From an uncultured Planctomycetota bacterium (GTDB lineage Bacteria; Planctomycetota; Planctomycetia; Isosphaerales; Isosphaeraceae), in NCBI GenBank assembly GCA_963845755.1, contig CAWJTV010000036.1, positions 352,001-416,000 on the forward strand: a stretch of DNA of 64,000 nt. Reading direction: 5' to 3'. The notes beneath the pieces were generated by a model. That model was not told the DNA's origin, searched no databases, and saw only the letters and a program-made list of their open reading frames with translations. Within the stretch, counting starts at the first letter, position 1, and each line of letters begins with the position of its first letter. Below, piece by piece: positions 31,858 to 44,400 of the stretch. The position numbers were made by a program, and so were the translations under genes.

Positions 31858-32783
31858 GTGCCGACGATCAAGCAAGCTAAGGCCTTGACGATCACGTTTC
31901 TGACCCCGGTGTCGCTCGGCTCGCTCAACGGAAGCGACAAGGAAGCCGACAACCTGAGCAGCATCAAGAAGCTGACGCGCGGAACGAAGACCTATCCTTA
32001 CGTGTCGAGCCAGGCGCTCCGCCGTGCTCTCCGCGACCAACTGGGCGTGCTGGGGCACAGCCTGTCTGAAGGTCAGGCCGCCAAGGAGAAGAAGGGGGCG
32101 GCCATCACGAAATGCCTCCCCGCCGAGTATCTTGATGACGACCTGTTCGGGTTCATGGACGCCTCCAAAGGAGGGACGCACAAGCGCACCAGTCCCGTGC
32201 GCGTCTCGCCACTCCTGGCACTGGATGCTTACGAGGGCGATCTCGATTTCGGGACCAACTACATGGGCGTGGATACGGGAGGGACTCCCAACATCTTCGA
32301 GACCGAGATTCACGGCGGCCTGTACCGGGGAACGTTGCTCATCGAGTTGGATGCCGTGGGCAATTCGCGGATCGGCGAGGGGATCTCGGCAACGGAGATT
32401 AGCAAGCCCTGGGATGTCCCGGCGGCCGAGAAATACCGACGTGTCGCCGCCTTGCTCTCCTCGTTGCAGCATCTCTGGTCGAGTGGTCGGCAATCGCGGT
32501 TTCTGGCCGACATCAGCCCGAAATTCGTCGCGGCGGCAGTGCTGACTGCCAAGGTCCCCCTCTTCTTGGAATCCGTCACCGTCCGCCGGGAGGGAACCAC
32601 GCCGAGGCCAGTATCGACGTCGCGCCTCTGACCGAATCGCTCCAGGATGCGAAGGAAATCAAAGTCGCTCATTGTTTCGGGGTGCGTTCCGGGCTGTTCC
32701 GCCAGGTCCCCGAGGGCTGTTTGACGATCGGCCAGGCGTTCGAAACGGCCCACGGCTGGGTCAAGGACCACTACGGAGCATGA
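31858..32783 (+). CDS. cas7: Type I-B Cas7 (Cst2/DevR family), frameshift ~32600
   Basis: KKLTRGTKTYPYVSSQALRRALRD; DDDLFGFM; RTSPVRVS; PNIFETEIH; alternative frame ends ...HGWVKDHYGA* at 32783. Confidence 0.9.
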
Positions 32784-32786
32784 CCC

Positions 32787-33657
32787 ATGTCTGTCGTCAT
32801 TATCGAGGCAGCGGCCCCGGTGGGGAGTTGGCGCCTGCCGGAGGCCCTGACGTATCACCGGACGTTGCCCCTGCCGCCTTACACGAGCCTGGTCGGCATG
32901 CTAGGGGCAGCTCTCGGACTGGGCTTGCCCGACGCCTATCGCTTCATCGCGGAGCGTGGCCTCCGGCTCGGTGTTGGGGGCTGGCACGAGGGGAGGATGC
33001 GCGACCTCTGGAAGTTTCAGAAGCTCGGCGACAAAGAGGTGAAAACCGACGTGCTCTTGCGCGAGTGCTGCACCGACGTCGCCTGGCACTCGTGGTCGAA
33101 ACGGCCGATCAGGCAACGGCCGGGACTGTCGCCGATGCCTTCCGCGCCCCGGCCTATCCTCTGACCGCCGGGCCAAACGACGCCTTGTTAAAAGCCGTTG
33201 CAGTCCGAGTCGAGGACGCCGAGCCCGTCGCCGCCCGTGTTTTGGCTCACGTCCTGGTCTTTCGCGAGATCAGTCCCCAATACGAGCTTTACGAGTCGCT
33301 CCAGGACATCCCGTTCCATCGGACGATCCGCGCGCCAGCGATCGAACGGCTTCCGATCGGGTTCGCGTTCGAGCCGGATGGGCGCCGGCAACTCCTGGGC
33401 GAGGCCTTGTTTCCTTCGTGGCAGATGCGATCACACTGGCGGAGGATGACGAGTCGATCGTGGGCTATCGCGTGGAACCACAGTCCCAGATCCTCCGCCG
33501 CAGCCAGACATTCTCCACCTGGAAGGACGGATTCTCGTGGACCATTCCAGTGCATCGTTACGACTCGACCCCAACGCAGGAGGAAAACTCCTCGACAACG
33601 CCATCGCCAAGCGGAAAGACGAGGGGCAAGAAGAACAGTCCTACCGAACGCACGTGA
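32787..33657 (+). CDS. cas5: CRISPR-associated protein Cas5, frameshifted
   Basis: APVGSWRLPEALTYHRTLPLPPYTSLVGMLGAALG is a Cas5 N-terminal motif; later frames give AFRAPAYPLTAG; 3' end approximate. Confidence 0.85.
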
Positions 33658-36020
33658 CAGCGGTTTACGAAGCCTGGTGCGGCCTGATCGTTGAGCACCG
33701 CGCACTGATCGATCGCATCGCCAGGCGGCACGGGCTGACGACCGAACGTCTGCTGCAATCATCGCTCCTCTGTGTGGCTCTTCATGACGTGGGGAAGCTG
33801 ACGGCCAACTTTCAGCGCATGATGAGGGCCGTCGGTGACAAGGCGTATCGGGATGCCCAAAACCGCAACTACCGCCATGAGATCGCCTCGCTCTGGTTTG
33901 TCGAGGTGACGGCCCAATCCTTGGCCAAGTCTTACGGCTCGATTCCCGGAGGGGGCTACCTGGAAGTCCTTGCCGTCGCGGGACATCATAAATTTCTCGC
34001 CGATGATTATTTGTTCAACGAAGGAAAGTTCCAGAATCCCATTGACTGGGAACCTGATACTTTCAGCGCGGTCAAGGCCGCCTATGGGCTTGCAAAGGAG
34101 ATGTTCCAGGTTCGAGGCTGGGCGCTTCGGCTCAAGGTCGATCCCTGCGAACTCGAACGGATGCTCAGTAATCGCGATGGGACATCCAATCATCCCTTTG
34201 ACCGGATGAAGGAAGCGAAGAATGCGCTCGCCCGCGCACCCGGGCCGGAGAAGGCCAGCTATCGCGATCTGTTCATCCTGCTCAAAGGGTTGCTGATGAC
34301 CGCCGACTGGATGGCGAGCGGTCAGCAAGGGCCCCGTGTCGAGATGGAGGCATCCCGGCACTTCCTCCATATCGACCCTGCCAAGCTCCTCGATCATGTG
34401 AAGACCAAGGTTGAGACGGACCGGCGAGACGCGGTGACGAGACGCCATTCGAGGGCTATCGTCCGTTCCAGGGACAGTGCGGCGAAGCGGAAGGTCACGT
34501 GCTGGCGATCGCGCCGACCGGCAGTGGCAAGACCGAGGCCGCTTGCCTCTGGGCTTTGCGCCAGGCTGAACGGGGCATGCTCGGAAACTCTTCTTCCTCT
34601 TGCCGACAATGGTCACTGCTAACAGCGTACATAGGCGATTGCGAAGTTCTTCACGGAGAAGCACAGGCACGAAGTCGGGCTGGTCCACTCAACGGCCGAG
34701 TTGATCAATAATAGAATGGAAGGAAACGAAGCCGACCGCTCAATAGTCCGTCGCAACTCGCTCTGGGAGCCCCATTTCTTTCCGCCCGTAGTGGTGGGGA
34801 CGGTCGATCAGCTCCTCGTCACTCTGTTCCACGCGGGACGATGGGCCATGAAAACCCTGGCCGCCGCCGACGCCGCCATCGTCATCGACGAAGTTCACGC
34901 TTATGAGTCTCATACTGCCGGACTGTTGATCTTGCTGATCGAGCAGCTTCGTGATCTCGGGCGCGCTTTCTGGTCATGAGCGCCACGATGCCGACCGATC
35001 TTCAGACGACGATCCGAAAGGCCCTGGAAGGGATACCGGGCCTTCATCGTTAAGGTCTCGGTCGTCAAGGATGAGACTTATACCGACTCCGCCCGAAACA
35101 ACTGGAGCGTCTGCGATACTCCTTTGACCGAGTGGCTAACGACCAAGAACCGCCAGGGAATACCCGTCCCCCCAAGCCGTTCCGTAAATTGTGGGGAGAA
35201 ACAAGAGAGGATGGGAAACCGATCAACATTTTGATCGTCGTCAACACCGTCGGCGCTGCCAGGAGCTAGCCAAAGCTCTGCAAAAGTATCACCCCGTATG
35301 TTACCACTCGAAGTTCATCTTTCTGGACCGTTACCAGAAGGAACGACAAATCCAAAAGGATAAACCACGCCTGCTCATCGCCACGCAGGTTGTGGAGGTT
35401 TCTCTCGACCTCGACTACGACGTGATGCTCACCGAGTGCGCCGCGTTCGACGCCCTCGCGCAGGCCGCCGGTCGGTCAACCGATCCCGGCGTGAGCCAGG
35501 GCGGATCGTGGTCCACCCTCCCGAGCAGGGTAGCGAGAAGGTTTACGACTTTCCGTCCGGTGTCCTGGAAACGTCATGGCGACTCTGCTGCGAGAACCAG
35601 GGCCGGCTGACCGAGGGCGACCTGATCAGGCTCACGGAGGAAGCCTATGCCGGCTTCGTGTTGACCGAAGACCGGGCGTTCGCCGACATCCAGCCCGCGC
35701 GCGTTCGAGCAGCAGCGACGGCTTGCTGGCGTGATGGACAACCCGCGTCCCGATGAGCAGGCGCTCAAGACACGGCTGGAAACTACCCGCAGATCAGCGT
35801 GATTCCCGAGCCTTTGTACGAGGAGGTCATGCGGCAGCCAGATTCCACGAAACGGCGAATGTACGAACTCAAGATGCCAGTCTGGTATGCACGTACGCAC
35901 AAATTCAAAGGCGAGAATCCCGACGACCTTCCTATCTGCCTGATGGAATATGATTCGCGATACGGCGGACGGTTCTCCGCGGTCCCGAACCATCCCGAAC
36001 CAGGCCACGAAATCTATTGA
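33537..36020 (+). CDS. cas3: Cas3 (HD nuclease + SF2 helicase), several frameshifts
   Basis: LHDVGK, RHEIAS, GHH, TADWMAS (HD); APTGSGKTEA, IDEVH, MSATM, ATQVVEVSLDLD (helicase) across frames; start uncertain (~33537-33600). Confidence 0.9.
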
Positions 36021-36029
36021 GGTGACACG

Positions 36030-37296
36030 ATGCAACTCCTCCTCAACACCTTCGGCGCGAGCCTGCGCAAGAAGGACAACATGTTCCTGGTCCGGGCGGG
36101 GGAGCGGCAGGCGTTGATCTCGCCGCGGAAGGTGCAGTCGATCGTGCTGACGACCGGCGTGCATCTCTCGACCGACGCGATCCGGCTGGCGCTGGAGCAC
36201 CATATCGACATCGCGCTCCTGGACAAGTTCGGCGAGCCGTACGGGCGGTTCTGGCATACCCGGCTGGGCTCGACCAACCGGCTGCGGCGCCGGCTGCTCG
36301 AGATCGCCGAGACCGAGGAGGGCGTCGTGCTGGCCGGCGAATGGGTCCAGGCCAAGATCGGCCACCAGGCCGGGCTTGCTCCGCGAGCTGGCGCGGACCC
36401 GTCCCGACCGGGCCGACGAGCTGGAAGCCGTCGCCGGGCGGCTCGACAAGATGGCCGACATCGTCGCCGGGCTCAAGGGGGCCGCGATCGACGAGCTCCG
36501 CGGCTCGCTCATGGGGCTGGAAGGCGTCGCCGGCCGCGAGTATTTCGCCGCGCTCAGCCTCGCACTCCCCGAGCGATTCCGCTTCCAGGGCCGCAGCCGG
36601 TCGCCCGCCAAGGACGAGTTCAATAGCCTGATCAACTACGCCTACGGCGTCCTCTATTCCCTCGTCGAACGGGCCTGCCTCCTCTGCGGGCTCGACCCGT
36701 GCATCGGCCTGATGCACACCGACAATTACAACAAACCCTCGCTCGTCTACGACCTGATCGAGTTCCATCGCGTGCATGCCGAGCGCGTGGTCGTCAACCT
36801 GTTCGCGGCGCGGAAGGTCAAGCCGGAGCTGTTCGACCAGGTTGACGGCGGCTTCCGGCTCAACGCCGACGGCCGCGCCCTGCTCCTCAACGCCCTCAAC
36901 GAGTACCTCGATCGGATGAAGCACCACGGGCGCCGGCGGCTGAAGATCCGCGACACGATCGTTTACGAATGCCAGCGCCTGGCGGGCCGATTACTGCGCG
37001 GGCTGGACGACGATCAGGACGTGGACCTGAGCGTGTTCGACCTGGCGGCGGAGCTGGGAGGTGAGTCGTCGGTCGCCCCGTCACTTCGTGCCGGAAGGCG
37101 GGCCCACGGAGAACGCGGTCGCGTCGACCCGGCCGCGGTGGACGAGGAGCCGGCGATCGCGAGGGCGATCCGGCGCGTCGGCACGATGCTCGGAAGCCCC
37201 CGCGGGCCGGTTGCCGGCACCAACGGTCAGGCGTCCCGGCCCCCGTCCGGATCCGAGGAAGGAGGCGACGGCGATGTTGACCTGGGTGATGTATGA
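36030..37296 (+). CDS. cas1: Cas1 integrase (frameshift ~36375)
   Basis: MQLLLNTFGASLRKKD; LMGLEGVAGREYF; NSLINYAYGVLY; GLDPCIGLMH; SLVYDLIEFHR. Confidence 0.93.
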
Positions 37297-37565
37297 CATC
37301 GTCGCGGATCGGACGCGGGACAAGGCGGCCAAGGCGTGCCTCCAGGCGGGACTGTACCGCGTGCAGAAGAGCGTGTTCCTGGGCACGCTGGCCGAGAACG
37401 AGCGCGACGAGCTGGGAATCCGGCTGGAAGGGCTGATCGACGCGGACTGCGATTCGGTCTACATCTTCCCCATGTGCCGGCCGGATTTCTCCAAGGTGAA
37501 CCTGCTGGGTCAGGCGTTCGACGAGAAAATGGTCTGCGACGAGGTGCGTGCGCTTCTTGATCTGA
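37274..37565 (+). CDS. cas2: Cas2
   Basis: GGAGG RBS; MLTWVMYDIVADRTR...GLYRVQKSVFLG...DSVYIFP; stop inferred at ~37565 via an indel. Confidence 0.9.
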
Positions 37566-37643
37566 CACGGATTTCGGCCGTCAGCCGAGCTTTGAGATCG
37601 GCAATATGGCGCCGGGAATCGATCCGGATGAGGAGTCGCTACG

Positions 37644-38238
37644 ATGGATCTCGATTTCCACGAGGTATTGCTGACGCCCAGCGACTTGCTGGAACATTGG
37701 TTCTGCGGGCGGTTCACGTACTTCGAGCGGCACCTGGCGCTGCCGGAGTTCCAGGAGCGGCGGGAGAAGGTCCGGCGGGGTCGAGCGCTGCACGCGGTCC
37801 GCGAGGCGACCAATCGCGCCTACCTGAGGAAACGGCTCGGCGTGGTCGAGAAGCGGATCGACGTGAGCCTGATCAGCCGCCGGCACCATCTCCGCGGGCG
37901 GCTCGACGAGGTGCTCTTCTTCGACGACGGGACGGCCGGTCCGCTGGACTACAAGTTCGCGAAGGACCCCGGCCGGATCTACACGACCCTGCGGCTCCAA
38001 TCGGCGATCTACGCGCTGCTGATCCGGGAAAACTTCCGGGTCCCGGTTCGCCGCGGGATTTCTCGTCTACACCCGCAGCCAGAACCGCGTGGTCGAGATC
38101 ACGTATCAGCCGGAGGACTTCCGGAGGATCGGCCGAGCCGTGCAAGAGATCCTCGATGTCATCCATCGAGGCAAGCTCCCACGACGGGCACCGCCCTCCC
38201 ATTGCGTCGATTGCTGCTACCGATTTATTTGCGTCTGA
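37644..38238 (+). CDS. cas4: Cas4 (frameshift ~38060)
   Basis: FCGRFTYF, G..LH, LRGRLDEV, PLDYK, QSAIYA; C-terminal CVDCCYRFIC Fe-S cysteines ending at TGA 38238. Confidence 0.92.
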
Positions 38239-38412
38239 GACCGTCTCTTCCTCAAACCAGATGCGCGACCATGATGTTACAACGCGATCTGCCATGCAGG
38301 CCAGGCGGGAAAATGCGCCGCTGAGGCCATTTCCGTCGCGATCGGTCCCTTTTTCGTGCCCGAGTACTTGCGGCCTAACTCGAGGTATATTATAACTTAG
38401 GGGACCAGAGCG
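38239..38412 (+). promoter_or_regulatory. CRISPR leader
   Basis: Non-coding segment between cas4 and the first repeat, with AT-rich GGTATATTATAACTT at ~38384-38398. Confidence 0.7.
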
Positions 38413-41400
38413 GTTGACGCGACCGATCCACCACAACAAGGATTGAAACATGACGCAGCCGTCTGCATGGCCTGCGATCGAGCGCCGATCCAGCTACAAG
38501 GTTGACGCGATCCGATCCACCGCAACAAGGATTGAAACCGATCCACGCAACAAGGATTGAACCGCGTTGCTGAGCGACTCGCGGCGCAGTGTTGACGGGA
38601 CCGATCCACCACAACAAGGATTGAAACATCCGATGCAGTCGCCGCGATCGCGGCGAGCGTCGCGTTGACGGGACCGATCCACCACAACAAGGATTGAAAC
38701 TCCGGATGCCGTCGAGCGTCGTCGATGGCAGATCGTTGACGGGACCGATCCACCACAACAAGGATTGAAACACGCAGTGCGGCTGGCGTGGGGTACCGGA
38801 CGGCGCGTTGACGGGACCGATCCACCACAACAAGGATTGAAACACCGGCAGCTCGCCGAGCCGCCGCGATCGCCGCGTTGACGCGACCGATCCACCACAA
38901 CAAGGATTGAAACCTCGATGCCGGCCGCGGCGGACGCTGCATCGCCGGGCCGTGTTGACGCGACCGATCCACCACAACAAGGATTGAAACGCGCGACCGT
39001 CGATCGGCCGGTCGCGGCAGTCACCGCGTTGACGCGACCGATCCACCACAACAAGGATTGAAACATCGCTTGGTCGTCGAACGGCTTCGACCGTGTCCAG
39101 CTGTTGACGCGACCGATCCACCACAACAAGGATTGAAACACGCGGAGCATGACGTTGCACGGTCGGAGCTCCGGATCGTGGTTGACGCGACCGATCCACC
39201 ACAACAAGGATTGAAACCACGGCAGTCGCCAGCCGGTGCTGCCGGTGACGAACGCGTTGACGCGACCGATCCACCACAACAAGGATTGAAACCGAGTCGT
39301 CGGCGGTGCTCGCGGTCGGCCGATCGAGTTGACGCGACCAATCCACCACAACAAGGATTGAAACCCAGGATGCGACCGCCGGCGCTTCCGGATTCGGCTC
39401 GGTTGACGCGACCAATCCACCACAACAAGGATTGAAACCTGACGCCGGCATCTGCACCGGTGCAGGTCATCGCGGTTGACGCGACCAATCCACCACAACA
39501 AGGATTGAAACATCACGCCGTCACGCGATGGCACGCGGCGTAGCCGATGTTGACGCGACCGATCCACCACAACAAGGATTGAAACCTGACGACCGGCTCA
39601 TCGCCTGGCAGGTCGATCGAGTTGACGCGACCAATCCACCACAACAAGGATTGAAACATGTCGGCCTCGACGCGATCGGCACTGACCGTGCAGCCCGGTT
39701 GACGCGACCAATCCACCACAACAAGGATTGAAACTCGAACTGCGTCGGCATCGAGTGCATCCCGGACCGCGGCGGTTGACGCGACCAATCCACCACAACA
39801 AGGATTGAAACTCGCCGTCGGCCGATCGCACGATGACGACTCGATCGTCGTTGACGCGACCAATCCACCACAACAAGGATTGAAACTGTACCCGGCTCTG
39901 GACGACTGACGCCTCGACGATCCCGTTGACGCGACCGATCCACCACAACAAGGATTGAAACAGCGCCTTCGAGATGCGTTCGACACGCGCCGATCGCCGT
40001 GTTGACGCGACCAATCCACCACAACAAGGATTGAAACACGCACGTCAGCGTCAGGCCGATCGGTATCGCACGGCGTTGACGCGACCAATCCACCACAACA
40101 AGGATTGAAACCGAATCCGGGACCACCTCTCGTGGTCCGAGGCATCGCGAGTTGACGCGACCAATCCACCACAACAAGGATTGAAACCGGCGGATCGAGC
40201 GGCCGGATCAGCCGATCCCGGTGCGCGTTGACGCGACCAATCCACCACAACAAGGATTGAAACATCGATGAGGCTCGTCCAGCCTGGACACCGGCTGTTG
40301 ACGCGACCAATCCACCACAACAAGGATTGAAACCCAGACTGCGCATGCAGGCTGGATGCCGGACCCGGTTGACGCGACCAATCCACCACAACAAGGATTG
40401 AAACCTCGAGCCGCGATCAGCTCCACGACGACGTCGCCGTTGACGCGACCAATCCACCACAACAAGGATTGAAACCTGGCGGTTCGATCCCTGGATCTTC
40501 GGCACGCCTGTTGACGCGACCAATCCACCACAACAAGGATTGAAACATGGTCGCAGCTCCGGCGTCGCGTGCGACCTGACGCGTTGACGCGACCAATCCA
40601 CCACAACAAGGATTGAAACCCGTGATCACGCGGCCGAATGGTCAGCGCCGAGGGTTGACGCGACCAATCCACCACAACAAGGATTGAAACTCCAGGAGCA
40701 CGAGCGACCGTCCGGATGCTGGTCCGCGTTGACGCGACCAATCCACCACAACAAGGATTGAAACACCTCGACGGCCTGGTCACAGCTTGACGCATCGATC
40801 GGGTTGACGCGACCAATCCACCACAACAAGGATTGAAACACGACCTCCTCTGGTCCATGGACCGACGATGCGTCGTTGACGCGACCAATCCACCACAACA
40901 AGGATTGAAACACTCGGCCAGCTACGCTCCGGCGTCACGGACACGCTGTTGACGCGACCAATCCACCACAACAAGGATTGAAACAACGGCTCGGATCACC
41001 GGGTCGGCATCCGCCAGCTCAGTTGACGCGACCAATCCACCACAACAAGGATTGAAACGTCGGCTGCGTGCATTGGTCGCGTCGGCGGTCGCCATGTTGA
41101 CGCGACCAATCCACCACAACAAGGATTGAAACCGGACACCTCCGGCAGCATGAAGGGCGAGCGGATCAGTTGACGCGACCAATCCACCACAACAAGGATT
41201 GAAACACGGTCGCGATCTGGCTATCGCCCGCGTAATCGACGGTTGACGCGACCAATCCACCACAACAAGGATTGAAACTCGTCACGCCGCCTGGTGGCAT
41301 CTGCACGCGACATATGTTGACGCGACCAATCCACCACAACAAGGATTGAAACCGGACAGCTTAGCACTACTCTCGTCGCGGCTGCCTGGTTGACGCGACC

Positions 41401-44400
41401 AATCCACCACAACAAGGATTGAAACCGATCCAGGATGGCTCGGAGCGATGTCGCGACCGACCGTTGACGCGACCAATCCACCACAACAAGGATTGAAACA
41501 GCGTGGATAGCACGCGGCCCACCCGCGATTTTTCGTACGTTGACGCGACCAATCCACCACAACAAGGATTGAAACTGGCTCCGTCGATCTCGACTTCGGC
41601 GATGGTCTTCCTCGTTGACGCGACCAATCCACCACAACAAGGATTGAAACAGAGCGTCCACGGAACCCGTCGGGGTCCGGGCTCTCGCGTTGACGCGACC
41701 AATCCACCACAACAAGGATTGAAACACTTGTCCGTCGCATCTCTCTTCGTCGGCCGACCGAGGTTGACGCGACCAATCCACCACAACAAGGATTGAAACC
41801 CCTCGTCGGGGCGGAACCGCTCGACGGTCACCCAGTTGACGCGACCAATCCACCACAACAAGGATTGAAACTCGATAATACGCGATCGTCCGCCGGGCGG
41901 CGAGAAAGTTGACGCGACCAATCCACCACAACAAGGATTGAAACTGGACGAGGTTCGGATAGGCGAACGTCGCGCTCTCGGGTTGACGCGACCAATCCAC
42001 CACAACAAGGATTGAAACGCCACCGACTCCGGTGCAACTCTACGACCATCGGTTGACGCGACCAATCCACCACAACAAGGATTGAAACCTCGACCGGCGC
42101 ATGCTGATCGTTCGGGACGGGCGAGTTGACGCGACCAATCCACCACAACAAGGATTGAAACATGCTGATCGTCAAAACACGTCACTGGTATCGGAGCGTT
42201 GACGCGACCAATCCACCACAACAAGGATTGAAACACGGTCTACTCGGGCTCGCTCACCGGAGGCAGCTCGCCGTTGACGCGACCAATCCACCACAACAAG
42301 GATTGAAACGGTGGGCAGCCATGGCCGTCGTTGGGGTCGATCCCCAGTTGACGCGACCAATCCACCACAACAAGGATTGAAACCGGGAACCGATAGGCAC
42401 CCTCGAAATCACAGCCGCCGAGTTGACGCGACCAATCCACCACAACAAGGATTGAAACAGCGTGTACGCCATCGGCAAATCCTCCGACTTTGTGGCGTTG
42501 ACGCGACCAATCCACCACAACAAGGATTGAAACCCTCGCAACCACCGAGCTCACGGGGAGCGACGGGACGGCGTTGACGCGACCAATCCACCACAACAAG
42601 GATTGAAACGGTTCGGGAAGCGGACAATGCTCGGAACGGCTTCCCACGTTGACGCGACCAATCCACCACAACAAGGATTGAAACCCATCGGCCTGTATCA
42701 CGGCGTGCTGATCGTGAAGGTTGACGCGACCAATCCACCACAACAAGGATTGAAACCCCGAGTGAGACTCCGGTTTCTCGGCCGGGATATGCAGTTGACG
42801 CGACCAATCCACCACAACAAGGATTGAAACAGGTATCCCGATGTCCTACCTCATCCGACTCGCTGATGTTGACGCGACCAATCCACCACAACAAGGATTG
42901 AAACACACTGATCGGGCAGCCTTGCGGTGCGAATTTCTCTCGTTGACGCGACCAATCCACCACAACAAGGATTGAAACCCGGTGAAGGTGCGTGGTGAGG
43001 CTGGTCGTGATGGTGGTGTTGACGCGACCAATCCACCACAACAAGGATTGAAACTTGCGGCTCTTAACATCGCACTGCCGTAGCTCCATGTTGACGCGAC
43101 CAATCCACCACAACAAGGATTGAAACCCTTCATCACGGACACGGGCTGGCCAAAGCGAATGGCAGTTGACGCGACCAATCCACCACAACAAGGATTGAAA
43201 CACAAGTCTTGCCGCGACGATATGAGCGTCACGAAGCGGTTGACGCGACCAATCCACCACAACAAGGATTGAAACCCGGATCGCGTTTTCGACGGCATCT
43301 AATCGAGTGAGTGTTGACGCGACCAATCCACCACAACAAGGATTGAAACAAGACCTGGTTCACCACTAGGCGCATCGCATTTGCTGTTGACGCGACCAAT
43401 CCACCACAACAAGGATTGAAACATTGAGCCGGTCGATCGTGTGGCGCGACGGACGACGATGTTGACGCGACCAATCCACCACAACAAGGATTGAAACCTC
43501 GCGCATCGCCGGGCTCCCGCCGGTCACGACCATGGTGTTGACGCGACCAATCCACCACAACAAGGATTGAAACGTGTCCCTGCACTTCGTCCCGGCCCTC
43601 GAGCGACCGGTTGACGCGACCAATCCACCACAACAAGGATTGAAACCGGTGCGTAGTGCGATCGTCCCGAGCGTGCAATCGGGCGTTGACGCGACCAATC
43701 CACCACAACAAGGATTGAAACCTCGAATACCTGGAAGCTGGCCAGCCGCGCCCGGCCGGTTGACGCGACCAATCCACCACAACAAGGATTGAAACCCGGC
43801 TGCGAAGCTGGTGGGCCATGAATCATTGACCGTTGACGCGACCAATCCACCACAACAAGGATTGAAACAGAAGTGGCACCATCGGAGCAGCCGCGAGATC
43901 GCCACGTAGTTGACGCGACCAATCCACCACAACAAGGATTGAAACCCATCCTTCGAGGCCACGTCGGCAGAGCATGCCTGTGTTGACGCGACCAATCCAC
44001 CACAACAAGGATTGAAACAACATCCTGAACGCCGACAACGTCGAGAAGCGCAATCGTGTTGACGCGACCAATCCACCACAACAAGGATTGAAACGCGGTA
44101 TCCCATCGACGCAATGAGCAGCGTGAAGCCATGTTGACGCGACCAATCCACCACAACAAGGATTGAAACTCGACCGACGGCGGAGCCGGTGCAGGTGCAG
44201 GCGTGTCGTTGACGCGACCAATCCACCACAACAAGGATTGAAACGCTTCAGAAGCGGTATCGGGTTCCTCGCTAATGCCTGGGTTGACGCGACCAATCCA
44301 CCACAACAAGGATTGAAACTAGATCGCTGCCGAGATGCCCGACCCCGCCACCGCGTTGACGCGACCAATCCACCACAACAAGGATTGAAACATGCCGTCG

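Noticed and set aside
36990..37296. C-terminal extension of Cas1 as a fused domain
   Set aside because: Low-complexity, GC-rich and probably affected by indels; no recognisable motif
27437..38238. Apparent pseudogenisation of WYL and most cas genes
   Set aside because: Single-base indels occur at similar density in unrelated genes across the window and catalytic motifs are intact; sequencing error is more likely than decay, though reads are needed to confirm
37061..38395. 444-aa ORF suggesting a Cas2 fusion
   Set aside because: Read-through past a probably indel-shifted cas2 stop; downstream part is out-of-frame cas4
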